From a virus (Duplodnaviria; Heunggongvirae; Uroviricota; Caudoviricetes), in IMG/VR virus record IMGVR_UViG_3300017987_005500: DNA of 64,000 bases; one strand, written 5' to 3'. This document shows, in pieces, positions 29,582 through 39,029 of the stretch (the first letter of the stretch is position 1; the number at the start of each line of letters is the position of its first letter). A model generated the notes under the pieces. That model saw only the letters and a list, made by a program, of their open reading frames with translations, was not told the DNA's origin and did no database searches. A program made the position numbers and the translations under genes.

Positions 29582-30690
29582 CATAAATTGTTACGTAATA
29601 TCATTGTTACGTAATATGCAAGGAAGGTATTTATATTGAATTGACTTTGTGAAGTGAGTTTATTATATTTATCTTCATAATTAAGTTCTTTCAAAACTTT
29701 AACAAGAAGAACATTTACTTGTTGTTTGAAATATATTAATTCATTAGTTCGTTTAATAGACATTAATTTTTTAACATACGTAAAATATCTTTTTCCGCAT
29801 AATAAATTAACATTCTTTAAATCCTTAATAAACAGTCTATAAATTGATTTTAGATTATCTTGGTATTTAATATCTGTGATAGTTTTTGCAATTAAAATAG
29901 CAAGAGATGTTTTAATTTTAGAAAGTGTCTTTGCTTCAGTTAAAGCTTTATTATCTATAAATTTATAGACTGTGACCTTTTTAGAAATTTCATCAACTAA
30001 CCTATCACTTTTCTTTTCAGTTTCTAAATGATGAGCATTCGTATCATCCTCAAGTCCCTCATATGGAGATCTTATTCCAGTTCCTTCTTTGGAAGCTTTG
30101 TAATATAATGTAGCAAAGCTCTTAATACTTTGTGATAATCGAGTTCTTGATTCTTGAATAAAGTTTCCTATTTTCTCTTTATTATTTTCTAAGATGGCAG
30201 CTTTATATCTTGTTTTCATTTCTTTAGCTAAAAACAAAATAGCAGATGGAATTGTTTTCTCTCTAGCAAACAAATGAGTTTTATTTATATTATCTAATGT
30301 ATATTTGAATACATCATCATTGCAAAATTTCATTTGTCTGTGCATTAAGTTTGTATAAAATCTTATCATAAAAAATAATAATGTATATTCAAATGCTTTC
30401 TCTTCTTTCTCTTTTAAGAAATAATACATAATGAAAACTAATAACATTGTTATCTTATCTTTAGTTAATAAAAATTTTGCCCACTTTGTTCCCTTCCAAT
30501 ATCTTGATACAAATTCTCCTAAATCTTTTTCATTAATTCCAGTTAATCTAAATAATTCATATTGGTGTTTATGTATTTCAGGATAATAACATGGTTCAGA
30601 TAATTTCGTAAGCTCCTGAGCTGCAATTTTAACAATTGTAGACTTAAGTATATTTTTATTTATTTTTGCTTTATTAAGTAGCTCGTCCAT
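29578..30690 (-). CDS. Hypothetical protein (basic, helical)
   Basis: 370-aa ORF, last of the minus-strand structural operon. Confidence 0.7.
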   Translation of the reverse strand: MDELLNKAKINKNILKSTIVKIAAQELTKLSEPCYYPEIHKHQYELFRLTGINEKDLGEFVSRYWKGTKWAKFLLTKDKITMLLVFIMYYFLKEKEEKAFEYTLLFFMIRFYTNLMHRQMKFCNDDVFKYTLDNINKTHLFAREKTIPSAILFLAKEMKTRYKAAILENNKEKIGNFIQESRTRLSQSIKSFATLYYKASKEGTGIRSPYEGLEDDTNAHHLETEKKSDRLVDEISKKVTVYKFIDNKALTEAKTLSKIKTSLAILIAKTITDIKYQDNLKSIYRLFIKDLKNVNLLCGKRYFTYVKKLMSIKRTNELIYFKQQVNVLLVKVLKELNYEDKYNKLTSQSQFNINTFLAYYVTMILRNNLC

Positions 30691-30699
30691 TTATTTTCC

Positions 30700-33201
30700 C
30701 TATATGACTAAGATTGAAATAGTGTCTTCTGTAAAGTATACATACTCCGGACCATAATCTAACAACTCTTCATCTGTAAAGTCCTCTAATTTAAAATTAA
30801 AGAAAATACTTGACGCAGGCGCTGTGAGTCTAAGATGATCAACTCCAACAACCTCTTGAACAACATCTGTAATTTCAGATCTATAAATTGCAATGTTGGA
30901 TCCGAATCTATCTGAAAAGGATTCTATTAGAGCTGTTTTTATTGAGTTGGATAAGTCTGTATCAGTCCCTGAATAATCACTTCGTTTAAATACCTCAAGT
31001 TCTAATTGGAGAGGAATTGTATAAGTAGGAACTATCCAACCTGCTATTGCATAAATATATTTCATTCCTTTTCTTGTCACATATACCATATCATCTGTAA
31101 TTGGTCTTATAAAATACCATGTGACATTTGTTGCATCTGTACATTGCGCAATTTCGTGTTCATGCCCCTCAAAATCACCCGTTGCGTTTGTTCCTACTAT
31201 GTATCTATCACCTTTCTTTAAAGACGAAGGATAGACGGGAGGACTCGATATGATATCTATTACGGGAGGTTTTTGAGTTTCGTTTAATTGCATATTCCTC
31301 ATATAACCTGACGTATTCGTAAATTTAATATTTGCAAAGTCAGTTAACATTCTGTGTCCAGCAAATGATGTATTCTCCATCATCTTTTGAAGAACTAATA
31401 ATTCAAAATCATCTTGATTGATTGAGTCATAATAACTCTTTTTAACAACTGGAATATCATAAATGGTAGAAATATAAGCAGTTGAATCATCAACAACATT
31501 TGATAACATAAAATCATCAAGAGATTGTCTAAATATAAATCCAGCTGAATATGTACATACTTGCTGTGTTGTATTGCTTATGGTAAAGATAGCATTTATA
31601 TCATCTTCAATTAAAAGAGTATATGGATCAAATGTATATTCAAATCTTTTTTCAGTTGTATTATTTATCATTGTATATACTGACCCAGTTTCTAAGAAAC
31701 TCATTTCACAAGTTGTTGAAGCATAATCAGTCTCGTCAGTATAATAATTTAAATACATTACCGCAGTATCACCAACTCTTGTAACTGTAAATTTTGTAGC
31801 TGATATATTATAAACAATTCCATAACTCCTTACAAGAGTAGGAACTAAAACAATTTGATTCATTATATAATGATACATTGCTGATGAATTAATATGATCC
31901 AAAGTCATATCAAATAATGTAATAAAATCAACATTGTCTATAGGAATTACTGTAGACCTTGGTATATAAGTTTCATCAATAGGAACTTCATATGAAGCAT
32001 TTCTTGATGGAACAATATCATTATTGAAATCAAGTGAAGTGAATAATGATATTTCATTAACTTTAATATCTGATCTTTTAAGAACAGGAATTGAATTTGG
32101 TTGAATAGGAAAGTTTGGAATTATAACGTCAGTCGCTTGATAATCTCCCTCAGATACTAACCTATTAAGAGCTGTAAGACTCGTTATTGAATTTCGTCTA
32201 ACTTCTTCAATTCCTTCCTCGTCCTGCCCTCCAGTTGCTGGAGATGTATTATTGACATCATAATTTACAATTTGTGTGAGTCCTGTTACTGAGTTAACTA
32301 AATAAACTCTTGGACCATTTACAATTGTTCCGGCAATTACATTACCATTTTCTCCCTCAGTCTCTGTAATAGTAACTCTGACTGTAGAACCTGGTGCAGG
32401 TTGTACTCCAATAAGACCATTTCCGAAATATATCCTAACTCCATCAGCAGTACGTCTATATACATATCCATAGTCTAAATTCGACATAAGATACACACTA
32501 TCGAATTCCTCATATAATCGCCAAGATGTTTCTCCTGGTTCTCTCACCTCAACTTTAAGATCGGCAATTTTTGCATCAACAGGAACATCAACTACAACAA
32601 ATTGAAATTCTTGAGTATCTTCATCAATTTGAAATTCTTGAACAGATGTATCATATTGTCTTACTGGCAATAAGAATGAAAATTGTTCATCTCCAGTTGT
32701 ATCAATGCTTACAGGAAGATTATATATTTTATTTTCCTCTGTAACAACTACTGATACATAAGAGTTATTTGTAACAGTCACTTCGGTATTATAATATGTA
32801 GAGAAACTGAGTCCAGATGAAGTTGTAAATTCTGAATTCTCAGGAATTGTAAAATTTGCATTTGGATCATCAAATGTTAAGTCATAAGTAAGAAGAACAT
32901 TACTTGTTGCATATTCAGCTTCAGCAGGAGAATATCCTATAAAAGCTGCAAGATTTAAAATTGATTCAGGAAGTACTGCTTTGGTAAGAAAGAACTCTTT
33001 ATATACAGACGTATTATAAAATAAAAGGTTACTTGTTAGAGTTGATAATAAATTTATTAGGAATGAAAGAAATGAAGTTTTCGTAAGATCTACATTTTCA
33101 AGTTCTAAATATTTTTGCGTAAGCTCTATAATTTCAGTTCTTATTTGATCTCTTGATGAATAGATCTGACTCGAAATTGAAGTTTCTGGTGCATCTGCCA
33201 T
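30700..33201 (-). CDS. Baseplate wedge protein (T4 gp6/baseplate J-like)
   Basis: EFFLTKAVLPESILNLAAFIGY, IYFGNG..GVQP, ATGGQDEEGIEEVR, RLVSEGDY. Confidence 0.85.
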   Translation of the reverse strand: MADAPETSISSQIYSSRDQIRTEIIELTQKYLELENVDLTKTSFLSFLINLLSTLTSNLLFYNTSVYKEFFLTKAVLPESILNLAAFIGYSPAEAEYATSNVLLTYDLTFDDPNANFTIPENSEFTTSSGLSFSTYYNTEVTVTNNSYVSVVVTEENKIYNLPVSIDTTGDEQFSFLLPVRQYDTSVQEFQIDEDTQEFQFVVVDVPVDAKIADLKVEVREPGETSWRLYEEFDSVYLMSNLDYGYVYRRTADGVRIYFGNGLIGVQPAPGSTVRVTITETEGENGNVIAGTIVNGPRVYLVNSVTGLTQIVNYDVNNTSPATGGQDEEGIEEVRRNSITSLTALNRLVSEGDYQATDVIIPNFPIQPNSIPVLKRSDIKVNEISLFTSLDFNNDIVPSRNASYEVPIDETYIPRSTVIPIDNVDFITLFDMTLDHINSSAMYHYIMNQIVLVPTLVRSYGIVYNISATKFTVTRVGDTAVMYLNYYTDETDYASTTCEMSFLETGSVYTMINNTTEKRFEYTFDPYTLLIEDDINAIFTISNTTQQVCTYSAGFIFRQSLDDFMLSNVVDDSTAYISTIYDIPVVKKSYYDSINQDDFELLVLQKMMENTSFAGHRMLTDFANIKFTNTSGYMRNMQLNETQKPPVIDIISSPPVYPSSLKKGDRYIVGTNATGDFEGHEHEIAQCTDATNVTWYFIRPITDDMVYVTRKGMKYIYAIAGWIVPTYTIPLQLELEVFKRSDYSGTDTDLSNSIKTALIESFSDRFGSNIAIYRSEITDVVQEVVGVDHLRLTAPASSIFFNFKLEDFTDEELLDYGPEYVYFTEDTISILVI

Positions 33202-33213
33202 AGTTTACTTCCT

Positions 33214-33858
33214 TTAAATAAAGTATAATCCAGCGTTTTGGTTGAATAGGTTATTAGTTTGTAGAGATAATTTATGATTCTTCGAAACCATTTTAGCTAA
33301 AAATGTAGCATCATCATAAGTATATATTTTCTTTGTATAATCAAAGAAAACAAATAAATCAGATACTTGTTCGTCGACTTGATCTGTAGTCTTACTTTGA
33401 AATAACTCTACTTTTAGTTTATAAAATGTAATGTCTGTATTTACACTTTTTTCTTTTCCGGTAACCATAAATGTTGGATAAATATCATTTTGAGGTCTTA
33501 AATAATCTTGTTCCATTTTAACTATGTCACCCTCATAAGGAAGGATCCCATAGGTACTTGGAATAACTAACTCACAATTTCCTTCTTTAATTAATCCTAT
33601 CTCTGACCCATCATAAGCGGTTGAAACTTCTGTAATAAAGAATACAGGAAGCAAAAGATATTTATTAAATTTAATTCCTGTTAATTCTCCAACTCTCTCA
33701 TATGCTCCATCTAATAAGTCTTCATTATCCCAGACAGTATTTACTTTATCCAAATTATAATATGTAGTTAAAAAAGCAATCGCATGTTTTGAATAATAGC
33801 GATAAAGGAGATCCTGATAGTCTTGGATGTACCAGTACAGACGTTCGTATGACTGCAT
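33214..33858 (-). CDS. Putative virion structural protein (neck/baseplate)
   Basis: 214-aa ORF within the structural operon. Confidence 0.5.
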   Translation of the reverse strand: MQSYERLYWYIQDYQDLLYRYYSKHAIAFLTTYYNLDKVNTVWDNEDLLDGAYERVGELTGIKFNKYLLLPVFFITEVSTAYDGSEIGLIKEGNCELVIPSTYGILPYEGDIVKMEQDYLRPQNDIYPTFMVTGKEKSVNTDITFYKLKVELFQSKTTDQVDEQVSDLFVFFDYTKKIYTYDDATFLAKMVSKNHKLSLQTNNLFNQNAGLYFI

Positions 33859-34397
33859 TATATATCTCCTCGCATTCTTGCTTTTTTAGTTGCATATGAT
33901 AATTGCAATATTGCTTTATTTCTTTTATTTGTATACTCTTTAATTAATGGTAATAATCTTTTTCTACATTTACTTGGATCTTTAGAAGCGTCACAACCTT
34001 TATACTCTTTCTCTAATTTTTCTACAATATTTTTTAAAGCAGCAGTTTTACAATGTCTACTACATAAAGCTTTATTTTTAATTGTTTTATCATTTTGACA
34101 TTTTAATTCACATTTATAATTAAAATCTTTCAATAAATATTGAGAAGCTGCGTGTAATGCCATTCCACCAGGAAGTATAACAGCAGCAGTTACAAATCCA
34201 ATACTTAAAACTTTTTTAGCTGGACCGTCAGGAGTTGGAACTTCAGCATCTATTTCAACTTCATTTAAAACAATTTTTAAATCTTGCTCAGATAAAGATT
34301 TAACCCATTTGATCATACCAAGTTGTTCTTTAAATGATGTCTTGGATTTTATATATTCACTTTTAGCAATAAAGTTAATTAAAAATTGTTTGTCCAT
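33858..34397 (-). CDS. Cys-rich hydrophobic-segment protein (paralog family 1)
   Basis: KTSFKEQL, hydrophobic segment, CELKC...CSRHC...CDASKDPSKC. Confidence 0.65.
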   Translation of the reverse strand: MDKQFLINFIAKSEYIKSKTSFKEQLGMIKWVKSLSEQDLKIVLNEVEIDAEVPTPDGPAKKVLSIGFVTAAVILPGGMALHAASQYLLKDFNYKCELKCQNDKTIKNKALCSRHCKTAALKNIVEKLEKEYKGCDASKDPSKCRKRLLPLIKEYTNKRNKAILQLSYATKKARMRGDI

Positions 34398-35014
34398 TAC
34401 TCAGCTCCCTTTTTGCGGAGTTTAAGTCTTCTTGTAGCTTCCTTTTTAGCATACTCTTCTTTTGCCAACTCCAACTTCTCTTTATAATTTTCTCTCTTTT
34501 CTTGCCATTTAGAAAAAGTTTTATTTAATTGTTTCTCACATTTTAAAGGATTTACAGTATCATCACATTTTCCAATTTGGTTTTTAATATCTGACATTAT
34601 TGATTCACAACCTTTCATGTAGCAAATATATTTACATATATTCTTACTATCAGATGGTTGTTTTCGACATGCTTGCCAGCATGGGTCAGTTGCCTTTTTA
34701 AACATATAACCTAAAAGGGCACCTAACCCAAACCCGGCGACTTTTTTAGTACCAAATCGTGCTGCAGCAAACCCCCCAGCCACTGCAGCTAATCCTACCT
34801 TCAAGAGTCTTCCAAATCTTGACTCATAGTCCCTTACCCCTAACTCAAATACTAATTCAACTGATTCTTCATAACTTATTTTATCTATATACTCACAAAG
34901 GTTTACTTGCTCAACAAATGATAATTTATTACGTAAGGAAACACTTTCCATTACGGACTTTGTTAAGACCTTTTTACAGAAGTCATGTGATGCTTGTCTA
35001 AGAAAGTCGTCCAT
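34397..35014 (-). CDS. Cys-rich hydrophobic-segment protein (paralog family 1)
   Basis: KLSFVEQV, Gly/Ala hydrophobic segment, CWQAC...CKYIC...CDDTVNPLKC. Confidence 0.65.
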   Translation of the reverse strand: MDDFLRQASHDFCKKVLTKSVMESVSLRNKLSFVEQVNLCEYIDKISYEESVELVFELGVRDYESRFGRLLKVGLAAVAGGFAAARFGTKKVAGFGLGALLGYMFKKATDPCWQACRKQPSDSKNICKYICYMKGCESIMSDIKNQIGKCDDTVNPLKCEKQLNKTFSKWQEKRENYKEKLELAKEEYAKKEATRRLKLRKKGAE

Positions 35015-35016
35015 AA

Positions 35017-35445
35017 TTAATTTCCTAATATATTAAAAGTAGTTTTATCAATGACAGCTTGAATTTCCCCAGTTTGTCCACCATATTCAGCAATAATATT
35101 TATTGAAAAACCCTTTCGATTATTTAAAAATTCAACTGTAACTCCTTGAAGTTTCGCTCTGTTATCATATGTTCTTATTGCATATGTAACTTCATCAATT
35201 ATATCACGCATTGTTTCATTATCGGCGGGACTAAAGACGTATTTATATAAATCACATCCAAATTCAGGATCATGATCTACAGTACGAGTTGGAGTTATGA
35301 GAATTTTAAACCAGGACTTTAAGATAACATTTATATCAGTAATACGCGTAAAATCCCCGGATGGAGATATTACGTCGATAAAATCTGAATATCTAGTTTT
35401 TGAACCGACTACTGATTTTTGAAATCTATCAAGTATATTTGCCAT
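35017..35445 (-). CDS. Baseplate wedge subunit (T4 gp25-like)
   Basis: ILITPTRTVDHDPEFGCDLYKYVF...IRTYDNR. Confidence 0.85.
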   Translation of the reverse strand: MANILDRFQKSVVGSKTRYSDFIDVISPSGDFTRITDINVILKSWFKILITPTRTVDHDPEFGCDLYKYVFSPADNETMRDIIDEVTYAIRTYDNRAKLQGVTVEFLNNRKGFSINIIAEYGGQTGEIQAVIDKTTFNILGN

Positions 35446-35458
35446 AAGTCTCTACTAA

Positions 35459-35623
35459 TTATTTGATTGAGGCAAGTTCTTCTTCCATTGCTTTTTGCTT
35501 ATCTTCTTCTAACTTCGCTTTCCATTTAAGAAAACTATGAAAACGATTTATTGGCATTAACATGAGACTTGGATAATATTGTTGCTTAGTAAGTTCCATG
35601 CATGAAAACAAATTTTCGTCCAT
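35459..35623 (-). CDS. Small baseplate/tail assembly protein (gp51-like), possibly made as a +1 frameshift extension of the upstream gene
   Basis: MDENLFSCMELTKQQYYPSLMLMPINRFHSFLKWKAKLEEDKQKAMEEELASIK; fills the gap; frame is open upstream across the previous stop. Confidence 0.6.
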   Translation of the reverse strand: MDENLFSCMELTKQQYYPSLMLMPINRFHSFLKWKAKLEEDKQKAMEEELASIK

Positions 35624-35648
35624 AATTGTGCGATACTTAGTAATGCCA

Positions 35649-36437
35649 TCAAAGTCCGTACACCATACGAAAAAAGTTTTCCACGAGATCTATATTCATT
35701 AAATCTTCATTCCCACAATGTTTACAATGGGACATCATATTTAATGCAATCTCGTATTGACCAAACTCTTCTTTATATTTATCGTTTATTTTTCTCCTAT
35801 CAATAGGAGGCAAAGTCATATAAGCATTAACAATGTCAGACCTTTCGCTATAAACGTCAGGTTCAGTTTGCTTCTCAATATCTTGATGAAATTGTGCGAC
35901 AGCAAGAGCTTCGGTCAAAACATCTATTTTAGCACCCGGTTGAATAGACTGTCTCTGATACATTTCAAGTTCATCTTTAAGAGTGGGTTGTTTGATTAAT
36001 GCAGTAACCCCTTTTGTAACAGGAAGAGGAACCTCATGAGTCTTTCTGAGAATATCATCTTCAGGATATAAAGATGCAGAGAATGTGTCAGATGCTTTAA
36101 TAGTAATTGGATATTCTTTTCTACAAGAAGTACAGGTTACATCATAGTTCCTTATTTCTTCATAAGAAATATGATATAACCCGTACAATAATGCGTCGCG
36201 GTCCTTTGTCGTTACAAACTTTAAAAATGAGTCGAAGTCAGTTATTTCTTTTGGCTTCTTTACCAGAGATTCATAAATAATTTTATTTAAGTGCTCGGTA
36301 ATTTTTTGAGGACTCATGAAGCTGCCCTTCATTCTTTCCTCTTCAGCCACGTTAAGACTTCTCAAAGTGAAAGTTTGCTTTGTCTGAGGAGTCGTTACTT
36401 CATACTCAGGATATTTAGCGTTGAATCCTTTAAACAT
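35649..36437 (-). CDS. Baseplate hub assembly chaperone (T4 gp26-like)
   Basis: PEYEVTTP...LRSLNVAEE, CTSC and CKHC Zn pairs, ends ENFFR. Confidence 0.75.
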   Translation of the reverse strand: MFKGFNAKYPEYEVTTPQTKQTFTLRSLNVAEEERMKGSFMSPQKITEHLNKIIYESLVKKPKEITDFDSFLKFVTTKDRDALLYGLYHISYEEIRNYDVTCTSCRKEYPITIKASDTFSASLYPEDDILRKTHEVPLPVTKGVTALIKQPTLKDELEMYQRQSIQPGAKIDVLTEALAVAQFHQDIEKQTEPDVYSERSDIVNAYMTLPPIDRRKINDKYKEEFGQYEIALNMMSHCKHCGNEDLMNIDLVENFFRMVYGL

Positions 36438-36499
36438 TTTTGATCTCCTTATATTCGCATTTTAATTAAGTTGTTCATATATTATTTTAAATCAACTTA

Positions 36500-36922
36500 C
36501 TATTTTTTCTTTGCGTCAATTGCACTCTTTTTAGATTGAATTGCTGCTTTAACTTTAGCATTACAATCATTCATACATTTATTACGTTTGTCACCAATGT
36601 TGAAAGTTCCACATTTTTTGTTGCATTGATCAACTGCAGATCTTGCCCATCTATATAACGGCCAATATAGAGGACCTGCAAGGAAGATACCTAAAATACT
36701 TTTACCGGTTGAAGCTTCTTCTTTATAAACTTCAAAACGATCATTGGCAATTTGCTCAGATTGTTCATCAAGTTTTGCAATTTTACCATCCATAATAAAA
36801 ACTTTAACCTGAGGTGTTGATGCAGTTTTCAAAAATTCAAGCATTTGAAGTTTTGAAGCTTTTGAAAGTTTGCTTTCAACAACCACAGTGCCTGCATAAT
36901 GTTTGAGATCTTTATTTTCCAT
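36500..36922 (-). CDS. Cys-rich hydrophobic-segment protein (paralog family 1)
   Basis: ESKLSKASKLQ, ILGIFLAGPLYW, CNKKC...CMNDC. Confidence 0.6.
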   Translation of the reverse strand: MENKDLKHYAGTVVVESKLSKASKLQMLEFLKTASTPQVKVFIMDGKIAKLDEQSEQIANDRFEVYKEEASTGKSILGIFLAGPLYWPLYRWARSAVDQCNKKCGTFNIGDKRNKCMNDCNAKVKAAIQSKKSAIDAKKK

Positions 36923-36959
36923 TGTACTTTCTCCTCAATGAGTTTTACATAATTAGTTA

Positions 36960-37676
36960 TTAATATTTCTTACCATATTCCTCAACATTTGTATAACTTG
37001 CAGCAAATGAATCTGCATATGTCTGACATGTGCTAAGAACCCAAGGTTCATGCCATGCATAATCAACATTAAATTCAATCTCTACATCAAGTCTTCCTAC
37101 AGTTTCAACGTCACTTGTAAAAAGATCTTGAGGATCTTTTGTTGGAAATACGCCATCATAGCAGGCATAATATTCAACGGTTTTTCCATCTGGAGCAGTT
37201 GTCCAATAATACATAATGCAAGCATAAGTACTCTTAGAATATCCGCCTCCGTCACTGCCATCTTCAAGACCACTTATACCAGTTCGGTAATCTCTCATCA
37301 TTTTTACCCAACCGTGCATAATGTCTAATAAAGGAGTTTTATTAAATTCAAAGAATTTAACAGATACGGTATTACCGTAATCAATATTTCCTGGCACTGC
37401 CCATTTAATTCCACCTAAACCGGTAAATTCAACTTTATTTAAAGTTCCTCCTGGTGGAGTAACTGAAAGACATGTTGATGCCAATACTGTAGAAATATCT
37501 CCTGTACTTGAAATACCTGAGTTTCCTGTTACAACATACTCAGGTAATTTAACTGGAATTAAGTCAAACCATACATAATGATATCCAGTAACATAAGGAT
37601 CAGCAACTCCTATTTTTGTGCCACCAAAACGTCTTGTAGCAACATTTTGACTCATGCTAGCGAATGAAGTTTTCAT
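36960..37676 (-). CDS. Tail tube protein (gp19-like)
   Basis: SVTPPG, VPGNIDYGNTVSVKFFE, YDGVFP, IEFNVD; downstream of sheath. Confidence 0.8.
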   Translation of the reverse strand: MKTSFASMSQNVATRRFGGTKIGVADPYVTGYHYVWFDLIPVKLPEYVVTGNSGISSTGDISTVLASTCLSVTPPGGTLNKVEFTGLGGIKWAVPGNIDYGNTVSVKFFEFNKTPLLDIMHGWVKMMRDYRTGISGLEDGSDGGGYSKSTYACIMYYWTTAPDGKTVEYYACYDGVFPTKDPQDLFTSDVETVGRLDVEIEFNVDYAWHEPWVLSTCQTYADSFAASYTNVEEYGKKY

Positions 37677-37688
37677 TTAGTTATCCTC

Positions 37689-37871
37689 CTATTTAATTTC
37701 ATTCTGTTTAATTTCCTTTGATCGTAATTTATTCTCTTCTTCGCTTTTCTTTTTTTCATCTTTTCCATATATGACTGTATCTGAAGGCAATGTTCCTGAA
37801 TGGATAGAGTCCATAGGAAATATAGATTCTCTTTTCTGTAATTCATATAAGTATTTATCTATAATTGTCAT
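37689..37871 (-). CDS. Hypothetical protein
   Basis: 60 aa, RBS gaggtg, AGAACAAA motif upstream. Confidence 0.55.
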   Translation of the reverse strand: MTIIDKYLYELQKRESIFPMDSIHSGTLPSDTVIYGKDEKKKSEEENKLRSKEIKQNEIK

Positions 37872-37966
37872 GTAGCACCTCTAAAGTAAACCTAAAGGAT
37901 TTTAATTTTGTTCTGGTGCTTTACGTTAACTAGCAACTCTTATGGAGGATTTTTCACTTTTGTACA

Positions 37967-38009
37967 AAAAAATCCCTCAAGATAAATTTAATTATCTCAA
38001 GGGATTTTT
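37967..38009 (-). terminator. Intrinsic terminator
   Basis: aaaaatccct...agggattttt inverted repeat with an A-run on +. Confidence 0.65.
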
Positions 38010-38024
38010 AATGTATTTGAAAAT

Positions 38025-38282
38025 TTAATATGTTGAAGCAGGTGGTTCTTCTCCTGAAGCTGCATTTCTTTTCTGAACAGGTTTTGCTTTATCATTATCA
38101 ATTGATAATGATCTAAAGTCTTTAAGACCATTCGCCAATTTACTACTAAGTTTTCGAGCTTTAAGGGCGGATGTTTTGCTTCCTCGACCTTCTTTACCTT
38201 TTTCAGCTTCGTCCATAAAATCTTCAAATGTTTCTCTGAGTGTAGTAAGCATACCATCATATTGTTCATGAAGTTCGCTCAT
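38025..38282 (-). CDS. Histone H1-like Hc1-family protein
   Basis: AEKG...SKTSALKARKLSSKLANGLKDFRSLSI matches the GNKAAxxRARKxSxxLxxxxKxFRxxS pattern. Confidence 0.65.
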   Translation of the reverse strand: MSELHEQYDGMLTTLRETFEDFMDEAEKGKEGRGSKTSALKARKLSSKLANGLKDFRSLSIDNDKAKPVQKRNAASGEEPPASTY

Positions 38283-38378
38283 AATAATTTCCTCCTTGTT
38301 TAAATTAATTGTTCAAAATTCCCTTTTATATATTCTCAGGGTCAGTTATTTGTTCTTGTTACATATATAGTTTAGAAA

Positions 38379-38933
38379 TTAATTTAGATGTTTGAGTCTT
38401 CCAACTTTCACATTCCACTGTGTGCCTTTTTCATCCTGACCGAATTTCTTTAACATATCCAATTCTTGCTTTGCATCTGCTAACATTGCCTTTGCTTCAT
38501 TATGTTGTCTTTTAATAATAGAAAGACAATTTCTCTTATTTTTTTCTCTATCATCATATTGACTACAAATTTTATCAGCACTTGTTTTGTTTAAATAATT
38601 AACTATAAATTTTGAAAATTCATATCTGGCATTTAAAATACATATACCTTGTTTTGGATTTTCTTTAAATGTATCCACACTTATAGAATCAAAACTTCCA
38701 TCTTCTTTTCGGTTACCTGTAGGAATTGTAGCAGATGATCCAGAGTGAGGGAATAATCTCTTACAAGTTTCTATTTTTTTCAAATACATCTTTTTTGCTT
38801 GATTAATCTTTGGATCATCTGGAGCTCCACTTTCTACAACTGCTTTAACAAATGCCCATACCCCTAAAGCAATAAGTCCTCCAATTGCCCAAGCTTCTAT
38901 ACTTTCCTCAATAACTTCCATATCAGTTTTCAT
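38379..38933 (-). CDS. Cys-containing protein with N-terminal hydrophobic segment (distant member of family 1)
   Basis: WAIGGLIALGVWAFV; spaced Cys; late motif upstream. Confidence 0.55.
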   Translation of the reverse strand: MKTDMEVIEESIEAWAIGGLIALGVWAFVKAVVESGAPDDPKINQAKKMYLKKIETCKRLFPHSGSSATIPTGNRKEDGSFDSISVDTFKENPKQGICILNARYEFSKFIVNYLNKTSADKICSQYDDREKNKRNCLSIIKRQHNEAKAMLADAKQELDMLKKFGQDEKGTQWNVKVGRLKHLN

Positions 38934-38968
38934 TATTATCTCCTTTTTATATTTGTTCTTTACGACGG

Positions 38969-39006
38969 AAAAAACCCCATATCAGAGTTTCCTCCAATAT
39001 GGGGTT
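38969..39006 (-). terminator. Intrinsic terminator after the sheath gene
   Basis: aaccccatat...atatggggtt inverted repeat with an A-run on +. Confidence 0.7.
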
Positions 39007-39029
39007 ATTTTTAAAACATTCACCAATTA

